NCBI GenBank assembly: GCA_947475545.1
Contig: CANJLL010000002.1
Location: forward strand, 144,950-208,949
Direction: 5' to 3'
DNA length: 64,000 nt
Source of the DNA: Chloroflexota bacterium
GTDB lineage: Bacteria; Chloroflexota; Limnocylindria; Limnocylindrales; CSP1-4
The first letter of the stretch is position 1, and each line of letters begins with the position of its first letter. A model generated the notes under the pieces. It had not been told where the DNA came from and did no database searches. It worked only from the letters and a program-made list of their open reading frames with translations. Shown one piece after another: positions 19,248 through 28,065 of the stretch. A program made the position numbers and the translations under genes.

Positions 19248-21317
19248 ATGGAAGCCGTGGAGCCCGAGACAGACAAGCGCCTCCAGGCCCTGCTGGAGCA
19301 GATGTTCGGCCCACAGGCTGAGTTTCGGCCGGGCCAGCTGGAGGCCATCCAGGCCGTCCTTGATGGGTCGCGCACCCTCGTCGTCCAGCGGACCGGATGG
19401 GGGAAGAGCCTGGTCTACTGGCTGGCCACGCGGATGCTGCGCGACCAGGGCCGGGGGCCCACCCTGGTGATCAGCCCGCTGCTGTCGCTGATGCGCAACC
19501 AGATCGACGGGGCCACGGCCCTTGGCCTCCGCGCGGTGACCATCAACTCCGCCAATCGGGCCGAATGGGATGACGCCCGGGCGGCGCTGGAGGCGGGCGG
19601 TGTCGACGCCCTCCTGATCTCGCCGGAACGGCTGGGGAATGAGCGGTTCACCACGGAGATCCTGCCGTCGATTCCGGGCGGGATCGGCCTTGTCGTGATC
19701 GACGAGGCGCACTGCATCTCCGACTGGGGCCACGACTTCCGGCCCGACTATCGGCGGATCCAGCGCATCATCAACAACCTGCCGCCCAACGTGCCGCTCC
19801 TCGCCACCACGGCGACGGCCAACGACCGTGTGGTCGCGGACGTCATCGAGCAGCTGGGTGGTGATGTGGTGACCCTGCGGGGTCCGCTCGCCCGCGCCTC
19901 GCTGCGTCTCCAGGCGATCTACCTGCGCGACGGCGCCGAACGGCTGGCGTGGCTGGCGGAACACCTCCCGGGCCTGCCGGGCAGCGGCATCGTGTACTGC
20001 CTCACCATCGCGGACACGGAGCGGGTCGCCGAGTGGCTCCGACTGAACGGGGTGGACGCGGCGGCCTACCACGCCAGGGTGGAGCCGGATCGGCGGGTGG
20101 AGCTGGAAGGCCGCCTCCTCCGGAACGACCTCAAGGTCCTCGTCGCCAGCACCGCCCTGGGCATGGGCTTTGACAAGCCGGACCTGGGCTTCGTCATCCA
20201 CTACCAGCGACCCGGTTCCGTCATCGCGTACTACCAGCAGGTGGGCCGCGCCGGGCGCGCCATCGACACCGCGTACGGGGTGCTGCTGAGCGGCCGCGAG
20301 GACGACGAGATCAACGACTACTTCATCCAGAGCGCGTTCCCGCCCGAGGCGGACATGCGCGCGGTCCTGGCGGCCCTGGAGCGCGTCGAGACAGCCACGG
20401 TGCCGGCGCTGGAGTCGCGGCTCAACATCCGGCGCAGCCGGATCCAGCACATCCTCAAGCTCCTGGAGCTGGACGGCGCGGTTGGCCGCGAGGGATCCAG
20501 CGTCTTCCGAACGCCCAACCCCTGGCTGCCCGACACCGAGCGGATGGAACGCGTCACCGCCCGCCGACGCGAGGAGCTGGCGCACCTTCGCGCGTACATG
20601 ACCCACGACGGCTGCCTGATGGCCTATCTGACGTCGGCACTCGACGATCCCAGCCAGGCGCCGTGTGGGCGCTGCGCCCCGGAGACCGGACAGCTGCTCC
20701 CGGTCACGCCCAATCCGGCCATGATCCAGCGGGCCATCGGCTTCCTGCGCGGCGCATGGCGCGGCATCGAGCCGCGGCTCCAGTGGCCGCCCGGGGCGCT
20801 GGCCGGGCACAGCGGCCGGATCACGCCGCCGAACGAGCCGGGCCTGGCGCTCTCGTTGTACGGCGACGCGGGCTGGGGCAGGCTGGTCGCCGACGGCAAG
20901 TACCGCGACGAGCGGTTCGACCAGGCGCTGGTGGAGGCGTCGGCCCAGATGATCCGGGCGCGCGGCCTGGTGCCGGCGCCGGCCTGGGTCACGGCGATCG
21001 CGTCCTTGCGGCGGCCAGGCCTGGTCCCCGATTTCGCCCGGCGGCTGGCCGAAGCGCTTGGGCTTCCGTTTCACGACGTGCTGGCGGCCGCCAATACCCG
21101 GCCCCAGAGGGAGATGGAGAACAGCGGGGCGCAGCTCAGGAACGTGGCCGGCATGACCGTGGCCGGCGCCTGTCCGACGGGCCCCGTCCTGCTGGTCGAT
21201 GACGTCGTGGACTCGCGCTGGACGCTGACGTACGGCGGTTGGCTGCTGCGCCAGCACGGTGCGGGTCCGGTCCACCCGTTTGCGCTCGCGATGGCCACGC
21301 CGCAGGATGACGGCTGA
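19248..21317 (+). CDS. RecQ-family helicase with a C-terminal PRTase domain (RqlH-like)
   Basis: QRTGWGKS, DEAHCISDWGHDFRPDY, YYQQVGRAGR and a Zn site C..CGRC. PRTase motif LLVDDVVDSRWT. Confidence 0.92.
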   Translation: MEAVEPETDKRLQALLEQMFGPQAEFRPGQLEAIQAVLDGSRTLVVQRTGWGKSLVYWLATRMLRDQGRGPTLVISPLLSLMRNQIDGATALGLRAVTINSANRAEWDDARAALEAGGVDALLISPERLGNERFTTEILPSIPGGIGLVVIDEAHCISDWGHDFRPDYRRIQRIINNLPPNVPLLATTATANDRVVADVIEQLGGDVVTLRGPLARASLRLQAIYLRDGAERLAWLAEHLPGLPGSGIVYCLTIADTERVAEWLRLNGVDAAAYHARVEPDRRVELEGRLLRNDLKVLVASTALGMGFDKPDLGFVIHYQRPGSVIAYYQQVGRAGRAIDTAYGVLLSGREDDEINDYFIQSAFPPEADMRAVLAALERVETATVPALESRLNIRRSRIQHILKLLELDGAVGREGSSVFRTPNPWLPDTERMERVTARRREELAHLRAYMTHDGCLMAYLTSALDDPSQAPCGRCAPETGQLLPVTPNPAMIQRAIGFLRGAWRGIEPRLQWPPGALAGHSGRITPPNEPGLALSLYGDAGWGRLVADGKYRDERFDQALVEASAQMIRARGLVPAPAWVTAIASLRRPGLVPDFARRLAEALGLPFHDVLAAANTRPQREMENSGAQLRNVAGMTVAGACPTGPVLLVDDVVDSRWTLTYGGWLLRQHGAGPVHPFALAMATPQDDG

Positions 21318-22387
21318 TGACCATCCACCATCAGCTGGGCGCCAACGGACTGGCCATCCTCGCCCTCACGGCTCGAGGCGGCGCCGGGCGGCGGGCCGGG
21401 ATCGGCGCGGGGTCCCGGGTCGGGCAGGCGGATCTCCCTGCGCCGCTTCGATCGCGGGAGTGGGCGCACCTCGCGCGAAGCCTCGCCCTTGCGGGCGCGC
21501 AGCCGGCCGACCTGCTCGGCTGGAGCTCGGCGGAGATCGCCGCGGCCCTTGGTACAACCCCGGCCGCCAGCGACGAGCTGGCACGCCTGGCCAGCCGGGC
21601 ATCAACGCTGGCCCTGGACGTGGAGCGACTGGGCAGCCGCGGGATCTGGCTCCTGAGCGTGGACGACTCCGCCTACCCGGGGCGGCTGCTCGCGCGCCTC
21701 GGCGACCTGGCGCCGCCAATCCTGTATGGATCGGGCGCACTCGAGGTCCTGGGCCGCGGGGGCATCGCGATCGTCGGCTCGAGGGATGCGGACACCGACG
21801 CGCTGGCGTTCGCGTCGGCCGCCGCCGCCGCAGCCGCCGGGGCAGGCCGCTCCGTCGTGTCCGGCGGGGCGCAAGGCATCGATGTCGCCGCGATGTCTGC
21901 CGCCGCGGCGGCGGGCGGTTTGGTGGTGGGCGTGCTCGCCGAGAGCCTGGAACGGCGGATCCGGGCGGTGGAGACGCGGGCGCTCATCGCGGAGGAGCGA
22001 CTGGCCCTGGTCTCACCGTACGGTGCCGACGTGTCGTTCTCCATTGGGAATGCCATGGGCCGCAACCGGCTGATCTACTGCCTCGCGGATGCGGCGATCG
22101 TGGCGGCAGCGGCCGAAGGCGAAGGGGGAACCTGGGCCGGCGCCACGGAGGCGCTCGACGCGCGATGGGTGCCCGTCTACGTCCGCGTCTCCGCCTCGGC
22201 GCCGTCGGGGAACCGGGCCCTTGCGGATCGTGGCGCCATCCCATTCGCGTCGGACGCGGCGGCGACTGGCGGCCTGCCGTTCGCGGGCGACGACCCGGCG
22301 GGCGCGGCGCTCCCGGCGTCGTCCGTCTCCCCGGCACCGCCCAAGCGGGCGGCCGAGCAGCAGACGCTCTTTGGTGGCGACCGGTAG
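21317..22387 (+). CDS. DprA/Smf-domain protein (RqlI-like)
   Basis: YPGRLLARLGDLAPPILYGSG, AIVGSRD, VSGGAQGID, AMGRNRLIY and GGTWAGA. TGATG overlap with the helicase. Confidence 0.9.
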   Translation: MTIHHQLGANGLAILALTARGGAGRRAGIGAGSRVGQADLPAPLRSREWAHLARSLALAGAQPADLLGWSSAEIAAALGTTPAASDELARLASRASTLALDVERLGSRGIWLLSVDDSAYPGRLLARLGDLAPPILYGSGALEVLGRGGIAIVGSRDADTDALAFASAAAAAAAGAGRSVVSGGAQGIDVAAMSAAAAAGGLVVGVLAESLERRIRAVETRALIAEERLALVSPYGADVSFSIGNAMGRNRLIYCLADAAIVAAAAEGEGGTWAGATEALDARWVPVYVRVSASAPSGNRALADRGAIPFASDAAATGGLPFAGDDPAGAALPASSVSPAPPKRAAEQQTLFGGDR

Positions 22388-22462
22388 ACCTGGTAACGGG
22401 GAGGCCTGCCGACGGCGTCGCCGAGCTGAGCCCGGCAGCCCGCGCCAGGCGGGCTTCATTGG

Positions 22463-22496
22463 TTGACTTCTACCCAGTCATGGGTAGACTTCTACC
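22463..22496 (+). promoter_or_regulatory. Sigma70-type promoter and operator of vapBC, probably leaderless
   Basis: TTGACT-N16-TAGACT ending 6 nt before the GTG. Palindrome TCTACCCA-gtca-TGGGTAGA and two copies of GACTTCTACC. Confidence 0.65.
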
Positions 22497-22745
22497 GTGA
22501 CCCTCAACATCAAGAATCCGGAGACCACGCGGCTCATCCGCGAGCTCGCGCAGGCCACCGGGGAGTCGCTGACACAGGCCCTGACCACGGCGGTCCGGGA
22601 GCGCCTGGGTCGCGTACGCGCGCAGGCCCAGCCGGACGACGTCTGGGCCATCGTGGACGAGATCCGGTCGCGGCTGCCCGCCGGCTACCTGGACCAGGAT
22701 TTCGACGGCCTGCTCTACGACGAGACGACGGGGCTCCCCAGGTGA
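22497..22745 (+). CDS. vapB: VapB antitoxin (Rv0623-like)
   Basis: LNIKNPETTRLIRELAQATGESLTQAL..LYDETTGLPR. Confidence 0.88.
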   Translation: MTLNIKNPETTRLIRELAQATGESLTQALTTAVRERLGRVRAQAQPDDVWAIVDEIRSRLPAGYLDQDFDGLLYDETTGLPR

Positions 22746-23182
22746 TCGTGGACACGTCGGCGCTGGTCGCGATCCTGCGTCGGGAGGCGGACGCGCCCGC
22801 CATCCTCCAAGCGCTGCGGTCCCTCAGCCCGCGACGGATGTCGGCCGGGACCTACCTTGAGCTGGGGCTCGTCATCGACGGGGCGCGGGATCCGACGGCA
22901 TCGACGCTGCTGGACGACCTGATCGAGGCGTTGGACATCACCATCGAGCCGGTCACGGCGGCCCAGGCCCGCATCGCTCGCGGCGCGCACCAGGAGTTCG
23001 GCCGCGGGAGCGGCCATCCCGCCGGCCTCAACTTTGGGGATTGCTTCGCCTACGCGCTGGCCAAGGATCTCGACGAGCCGCTGCTCTTCAAGGGCGACGA
23101 CTTCGCCCAGACGGATATCCCCTTCGTGGGCCGGCGCCAGGAGCGCGGGCGCCTTCGCGAGCTCCTCGCCGCGTACGGCTGA
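22742..23182 (+). CDS. vapC: VapC PIN toxin
   Basis: IVDTSALVAIL..GHPAGLNFGDCFAYALA..LLFKGDDFAQTD; GTGA overlap with the antitoxin. Confidence 0.92.
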   Translation: MIVDTSALVAILRREADAPAILQALRSLSPRRMSAGTYLELGLVIDGARDPTASTLLDDLIEALDITIEPVTAAQARIARGAHQEFGRGSGHPAGLNFGDCFAYALAKDLDEPLLFKGDDFAQTDIPFVGRRQERGRLRELLAAYG

Positions 23183-23301
23183 CGGCGCGGCACCGACCGA
23201 TCGAGGGCCGTCCTGGCTTCTGAACTGCTAAGTTGGCACGAATTGGCACTCGATTAGCAGTTGCCCTCGGCCGCGGTCAGGCGCCCGCTGCTGGTCTGCC
23301 A

Positions 23302-23907
23302 TCACGCCCCCGCCAGCCGCTCCATCTCCCCCACCACCCGATCCAGCTCGGCGATCAGGTCCGTGGGCGCGGCCGGGTTCGCCTGGAACGCCGTCACCAG
23401 CGAGCGGTACTACCAGATTGGGTCCGAATCCGGGTTGAAGCGCCCGAACATCGACGGCCCGTGCCGGCGGAGGTCCGCGACGATGCTGCGGGCGTTGTGG
23501 AGCTTGTCCGAGGCCGAGACCAGCAGCACCGCGGCGTCCGCGTGGGCCAGGTGGGCGATGTAGGCCTCCTTGCGCGGCGGCCAAGGCGGCTTCGACTCCT
23601 CGTGGGCATCCGTGCAGGCCAGGACCAGCCGGAGGACTTCGGAGCCGAAGGCCGCCACCGTCTCCCGCGCGCCGGGCGCGTAGTGGACGTCCTCGATGGC
23701 GTCGTGCAGGACGGCCGCGATGGCCTGGTCCTCGTTGGCCCCGTAGTCCAGGGCGATGCTGCACGTCCCCAGCAGGTGCGACGCGTAGGGAATGGTGGTC
23801 CCCTTGCGCAGCTGGGCGGCGTGCATCTCCAGGGCCACGCTCACGGCGCGCACGAACCGCGGGGTGTACGCCCACGGCTCCGCCGGGATCGGATGCCCGG
23901 CTGTCAT
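23302..23907 (-). pseudogene. HD-domain Mesh1/small alarmone hydrolase-like gene with an in-frame TAG at 23410-23412
   Basis: HAAQLRKGTTIPYASHL, AVLHDAIED and SASDKLHNARS. The frame continues past the TAG as IW*YRSLVTAF..ELDRVVGEMERLAGA to a TGA at 23302. Confidence 0.8.
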
Positions 23908-23917
23908 CGGCTCACCA

Positions 23918-23963
23918 TTGACGCATCTGGTGTCGGAATTCATACTCTCTTTAACTCAGTATG
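23918..23963 (+). promoter_or_regulatory. Promoter and operator of the AbrB-PIN pair
   Basis: TTGACG-N17-CATACT and the inverted pair CATACT/AGTATG (23941-23963) in an AT-rich patch. Confidence 0.55.
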
Positions 23964-23980
23964 CATATTGGAGATTGGGT

Positions 23981-24262
23981 ATGGGCAGCCGCGTTGGCGA
24001 GCGGGGCCAGGTGACCATCGAGAAGGCCATCCGGGAGCAGCTGGGCGTGTACGCCGGCGACCAGGCCGTCCAGCGGGTGGAGGACGGCCGCGTCGTGATC
24101 GAGTTCATCCCGGCACCACACGACCGAAGCCTGCTGGGTGTCCTGAAGGACAAGGTCCGGCGCTGGCCGGAGGACGAAAGCGACTTCGCGGCGATCCGCG
24201 AGTCGGCCTGGGAGACGCCCGATCCGGATCGGCTGCCACCCGTTGACGATCGGTCCGCATGA
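23981..24262 (+). CDS. AbrB/MazE/SpoVT-family antitoxin
   Basis: SRVGERGQVTIEKAIREQLGVYAGD..VEDGRVVI. Confidence 0.85.
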   Translation: MGSRVGERGQVTIEKAIREQLGVYAGDQAVQRVEDGRVVIEFIPAPHDRSLLGVLKDKVRRWPEDESDFAAIRESAWETPDPDRLPPVDDRSA

Positions 24263-24654
24263 TCGCGCTCGATACCTCGGTCATCGTCCGGTACCTGGTC
24301 CAGTCGCCGCCCGAGCCCGCCCGGCGCGCCGGCGAGCTGCTGGATGGTGGCGGGGAGATCGGGATCCCGGTGGTGGTGCTGCTGGAGACCGCGCACGTGC
24401 TCCGCACGATCTACGCGGTCCCGCGACCGGACGTCGCCACCGTGCTCATCGAGCTGCTGACGCGACGGAACGTGCGGCTCCTCGGCCTGGGCGTCGACGA
24501 TGCGATCGACGCCCTGGTGCGAGCCCGGGCCCTGCCGGGGACGCCGATCGCCGACGCGCTCATCGTGGCCATGGCCAAGGCCGCCGGAGCGCGGCCGCTG
24601 TACACGTTCGACCTGGGGCTCGCGCGCCACGGGATCGAGATCGCCGTTCCGTGA
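24259..24654 (+). CDS. vapC: PIN-domain VapC toxin
   Basis: MIALDTSVIVRYL..LLETAHVL..ADALI..LYTFD; ATGA overlap with the antitoxin. Confidence 0.88.
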   Translation: MIALDTSVIVRYLVQSPPEPARRAGELLDGGGEIGIPVVVLLETAHVLRTIYAVPRPDVATVLIELLTRRNVRLLGLGVDDAIDALVRARALPGTPIADALIVAMAKAAGARPLYTFDLGLARHGIEIAVP

Positions 24655-24685
24655 CGTTCCGCTGGTCTTGACCGCGCCCGTGGGA

Positions 24686-24709
24686 CGTCCTACCATGCGT
24701 CCTACCATG
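24686..24709 (+). repeat. Perfect 12-bp tandem repeat at the antitoxin start (candidate operator)
   Basis: CGTCCTACCATG x2; the second copy ends in the ATG at 24707. Confidence 0.7.
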
Positions 24710-25024
24710 TCAGAGACTTCTTCCTACCTCGCCACCGGCGTCGCGGAGGCGGTGACCCCGTACGGCGCGGATGGCTCGGGCGCCCCGCACACCAAGTTGT
24801 CCATCAGCCTGCCATCGGACCTGGTGGCCGTGATCCGCCAGGTCTCGGAGCAGACCGGGCTGACGATGAGCGCCACCATCGGTGCCTGCGTTCGCCGGAC
24901 GCTGGCCCTGGTGGAGCAGGAGCGCCTGGACCGCGCATTGGAGCTGGACGCGGAGGAGAACCTGGCGTGGGCGGGTGCGCATCTGCCCGCCGCGGCGCGG
25001 CTCTGGGAGTCAATCGAGTGGTAG
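24707..25024 (+). CDS. Ribbon-helix-helix antitoxin (MazE-like role)
   Basis: TKLSISLPSDLVAVIRQ..MSATIGACVRR, an acidic C-terminus, and overlap with the MazF-like gene. Confidence 0.7.
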   Translation: MSETSSYLATGVAEAVTPYGADGSGAPHTKLSISLPSDLVAVIRQVSEQTGLTMSATIGACVRRTLALVEQERLDRALELDAEENLAWAGAHLPAAARLWESIEW

Positions 25025-25392
25025 GGATCGGTCGCGTGCTGCCCCCAGTCGGGCCCCGGCGCGGCGACGTTCACTTCGTGGCCTTCCCGGACCTGGATGG
25101 TCGTGTCATCAGGGGGCCGCATCCCGCAGTAGTGGTCCAGTCGGACCGCCTGGCCCGGTCGGCCACCGTGATCGTGGCACCGCTGACTAGCGCCCCCCGC
25201 TCCGCCCCTGAACGTCCCCCGTACCTGGTGCCGCTGGCGGCCCGCGAGGCGGACCTGCCCCGGGATGGCTTCATCAAGTGCGACCAGCTGACCACGCTCC
25301 CGGTCTCCCTCCTGGGTCCCCGGGTTGGTCGGCTCAACCCCGAGGCCATGGGCCGGCTGGACGCCGCCCTGCGGTTCGTCCTGGCGCTCTGA
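25018..25392 (+). CDS. mazF: PemK/MazF-family toxin
   Basis: RRGDVHFVAF..GPHPAVVVQSD..VIVAPLTS..CDQLTT..VGRL..LDAALRFVLAL. Confidence 0.9.
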   Translation: MVGIGRVLPPVGPRRGDVHFVAFPDLDGRVIRGPHPAVVVQSDRLARSATVIVAPLTSAPRSAPERPPYLVPLAAREADLPRDGFIKCDQLTTLPVSLLGPRVGRLNPEAMGRLDAALRFVLAL

Positions 25393-25415
25393 TCGGGCCG
25401 CCCGGCGGCTGAGGG

Positions 25416-25832
25416 CTATGCGGCGCCTCCGGGCCGCGCGTTCGGCACCGTCGCGAATCCCGCCGTCCGGAAGTCCGCGTCCAGCGCGATCGCCCGATCG
25501 ATGCCCTCCCGCCGCATGCAGGCGAAGCTGGTCCGGTCGACCAGGGAGACGGAGGATTCGACCGTGTCTCGAAAGGCGGTCAAGGCCGCGGCATGGAGCT
25601 CCGCGTCCACCGGCATGACCTCCAGGGCAGGAAGCACGTGGTCGATGATGCCGGCGGCCGTCGCCGCGCCAAAGCGCCGGCGGGCCACCGCGAGGGTCTC
25701 AACCACGACGTAGGCGTGTGTCACGAGGCGCTCCGTGTGGCCGGCGGCGAAGGCCGCCACGACGCCCTCGTGCGCCGGGTCGTCGCGGTCCACCAGCGCC
25801 AGAATGCCGCTGGTGTCGACGAACAGGGTCAC
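25416..25832 (-). CDS. vapC: PIN-domain VapC toxin
   Basis: LFVDTSGILAL..VVVETL..SLVDRTSFACMRREGI..LDADFRTAGF. Confidence 0.9.
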   Translation of the reverse strand: MTLFVDTSGILALVDRDDPAHEGVVAAFAAGHTERLVTHAYVVVETLAVARRRFGAATAAGIIDHVLPALEVMPVDAELHAAALTAFRDTVESSVSLVDRTSFACMRREGIDRAIALDADFRTAGFATVPNARPGGAA

Positions 25833-26071
25833 CAGCGATCCCCGCTCAGGACCTCATCGTGATCGCGCGCGACGGTGCCGGTTCCGGACGCCGCGGTGCC
25901 GGCCACCGACAGCAGCCCCTCCATCCGGGCCGCGCGCTCGGCGTCCTGGGTGGGCACCACCTGGTCCACCGCGTCGCGGATGACCGCGGCCAGCGACACG
26001 TGACGGCGGCGAGCCTCACGGCGGAGGCGCTCCATCTGCTCCTCGGTCAGCGAGACCTGCGTCCTGATCAT
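25829..26071 (-). CDS. CopG/RHH antitoxin
   Basis: MIRTQVSLTEEQMERLRREARRRHVSLAAVIRDAVD..VARDHDEVL; GTGA overlap with the toxin. Confidence 0.88.
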   Translation of the reverse strand: MIRTQVSLTEEQMERLRREARRRHVSLAAVIRDAVDQVVPTQDAERAARMEGLLSVAGTAASGTGTVARDHDEVLSGDRW

Positions 26072-26177
26072 GGGCGGGATGATAACAGTAGCGCTCCTGA
26101 TGATGTAACCCTTGCCTTCCGCTGGCCGACGCGCTCGCGCCATCCGGGCCCAGCCCGACCGGTCATACCCCCATGTA

Positions 26178-26729
26178 TTACCGGAGGCGGTAGTGCTTCG
26201 CCCTTAACGCGCTGACCGCCGCCTCCGCGTCGTTGGCGTAGATGATCCCGGCGAACGGGCGGGCGGCCGTGATGAGCTCGTACGCCTCCTCCGGCTCGTG
26301 GCCCAGCGCGCGCAGCACCGCGTAGGCGGCCGACGGCCCGCGGTTGATCCCCGCCCCGCAGTGGAGCAGCACGCGGGCGTTGGGGTTCGCGTCCAGCGCC
26401 CGCAGCGAGAAGGTGATCGACCGCTCGAACCAGGCCGTCCGCTTGGCCGTGCCGTCGTCCCAGGTGCCGTTGGCCAGGTGGACCGCCCGGCCGGCCAGGA
26501 GCCGGCGGACATCGGCCTCCAGCTCGCGGGCCGCGGTCACGACGTGGGTGATCCCGGCGTCCAGCACGGCCCGCGCGTCCGCCTCGTCCCAGAGCGCGCC
26601 GCCGGTGGCGACGCGCGGGGTGACGAAGTCGAAGTCCCCGGGCCGGCGGAGGGTCCACCCGCCCGGGGTCCAGGTCCGGCCGCCTGGCGTGCGGCGGCCG
26701 GGACCGGGTTCGGGAGTCCGCTCCGCCAT
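26178..26729 (-). CDS. Dual-specificity (CX5R) protein phosphatase family
   Basis: GITHVV, a WDD acid loop and the P-loop VLLHCGAGINRG. The ATG lies 1 nt after the vWA stop. Confidence 0.85.
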   Translation of the reverse strand: MAERTPEPGPGRRTPGGRTWTPGGWTLRRPGDFDFVTPRVATGGALWDEADARAVLDAGITHVVTAARELEADVRRLLAGRAVHLANGTWDDGTAKRTAWFERSITFSLRALDANPNARVLLHCGAGINRGPSAAYAVLRALGHEPEEAYELITAARPFAGIIYANDAEAAVSALRAKHYRLR

Positions 26730-26730
26730 C

Positions 26731-28065
26731 TCAGGCGTTTGGGTCACGCCGCATCGGCGCCCCCATCTCCATCCGCGACTTCATGCGGTACGCGGAGGCC
26801 GAATACGCCAGCTTGCGGGTCCCCTCCTCCTGCATGACCGACCAGCGCTCGGCCTCACGCTCCAGCTCGTCCACGATCCCGCGCAGGACCTCGTCGCGAC
26901 CGGCATAGCCGCGGATCCGCTTGGCCACGGCGCGCAGGGCGTGGCGCGCCTGCTCCAGCTCGCCGCGGCGGTTGAGCGCCACCACGTCCCGGAGCGCCCG
27001 GTCCGCGTAGGCCCGCGCCACCAGGCGATCCACTTCCCGGTCGCGCGGCTGGCCGTCGTTGGCCAGGGTGTCCGCGTAGCGCCAGGTGAGCGTCTCGCTG
27101 TGGGCCACGCGCCCGTCGGCATCCGCCAGGGCCAGCTCCACGCCCACGGTGCGATCCACCTCGCCCATCGGGAAGGTGAGCGCCACCACCAGCCGGACCA
27201 CCTGGTCGGAAACGAGATCGCCCAGGTGAACGACGCCCCCACCGGTCTTCGGCTCGAAGGCGAAGGCCCCGATGGGCTCCACCTGGATCCCGCTGGCGGG
27301 CCCTGCGGTGGCGAAGCGCAGCTGGACGCCGCGCGCGGTCACCTCCAGCAGCTCGCCGACCTCGGCCGCGATGAGGGTGGGGATGTCCGCCGGGCTGCCG
27401 ATGAACCGGAAGGACCCGCCGCCGGCGTCGGCCATGGCGCCAAGCAGCGCCTCGTCGAAGTCCTCCCCCACGCCGAACGTGGAGGTGGAGACGCCGCGTG
27501 CCCTGAGCGCCGCAGCGTGCGCCGTCAGCTCGGACGGATTGGTGATCCCCTGGTTGGCCAGGCCGTCGGTCAGGAGGAGCACGCGGTTGACGGCCGCGGG
27601 ATCCAGCGCCTCGGCGACCTGCTCCGCGCCGCTGAGCCAGCCGCCCGCCAGATTGGTGTTGCCGCGGGGCTCGATGGCCGCGATCGCGCGATCCGCCGAC
27701 GTCTTGCCCTCGGCGGTCGCCGGACGGCCGGCCGCGACCACGTCGATTCGATCGTCGTAGACCACGACGGCGAACCGGTCGTCGTGGGCCAGGCGCGCGA
27801 TGCCCTGGCGGACGGCATCCCGGGCCAGCTCGATCTTGCGGCCGCCCATGGAGCCCGAGCGGTCCAGGACGAAGGCCACGTTGACGCGCGGCCGAACGGA
27901 GGTGGCCGTGGCGGCGGGCGCGGTGACCTCCACCGCCAGGTAGCGGGTGGAGTGGTGGATGGCCCGGACCAGCCCGCGATCCGGGCGGACGGCGAGGGTG
28001 GGGGTGTTGCCGGTGGCGGCCCGGTTGGTGGCGGCGTCGGTGTGGGTGGGGGTCGTGTCGGTCAT
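26731..28065 (-). CDS. vWA domain protein (YfbK-like)
   Basis: MIDAS motif VLDRSGSMGG, GNTNL, LLLTDGLANQG and TFGVGEDFDE. Confidence 0.9.
   Translation of the reverse strand: MTDTTPTHTDAATNRAATGNTPTLAVRPDRGLVRAIHHSTRYLAVEVTAPAATATSVRPRVNVAFVLDRSGSMGGRKIELARDAVRQGIARLAHDDRFAVVVYDDRIDVVAAGRPATAEGKTSADRAIAAIEPRGNTNLAGGWLSGAEQVAEALDPAAVNRVLLLTDGLANQGITNPSELTAHAAALRARGVSTSTFGVGEDFDEALLGAMADAGGGSFRFIGSPADIPTLIAAEVGELLEVTARGVQLRFATAGPASGIQVEPIGAFAFEPKTGGGVVHLGDLVSDQVVRLVVALTFPMGEVDRTVGVELALADADGRVAHSETLTWRYADTLANDGQPRDREVDRLVARAYADRALRDVVALNRRGELEQARHALRAVAKRIRGYAGRDEVLRGIVDELEREAERWSVMQEEGTRKLAYSASAYRMKSRMEMGAPMRRDPNA

Noticed and set aside
19239..21275. Long antisense or alternative-frame ORFs (also 26344-28587, 44313-45842, 48549-50339, 53862-55730)
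   Set aside because: These are shadow ORFs expected from high GC3 opposite well-supported genes, and they show no recognisable motifs.
21317..22387. Natural-competence dprA locus
   Set aside because: There is no comM/yraN/topA context; the gene is coupled to a RecQ-PRTase helicase.
22463..26071. Integron cassette array
   Set aside because: No integrase and no recurring attC-like palindrome between the modules could be seen.
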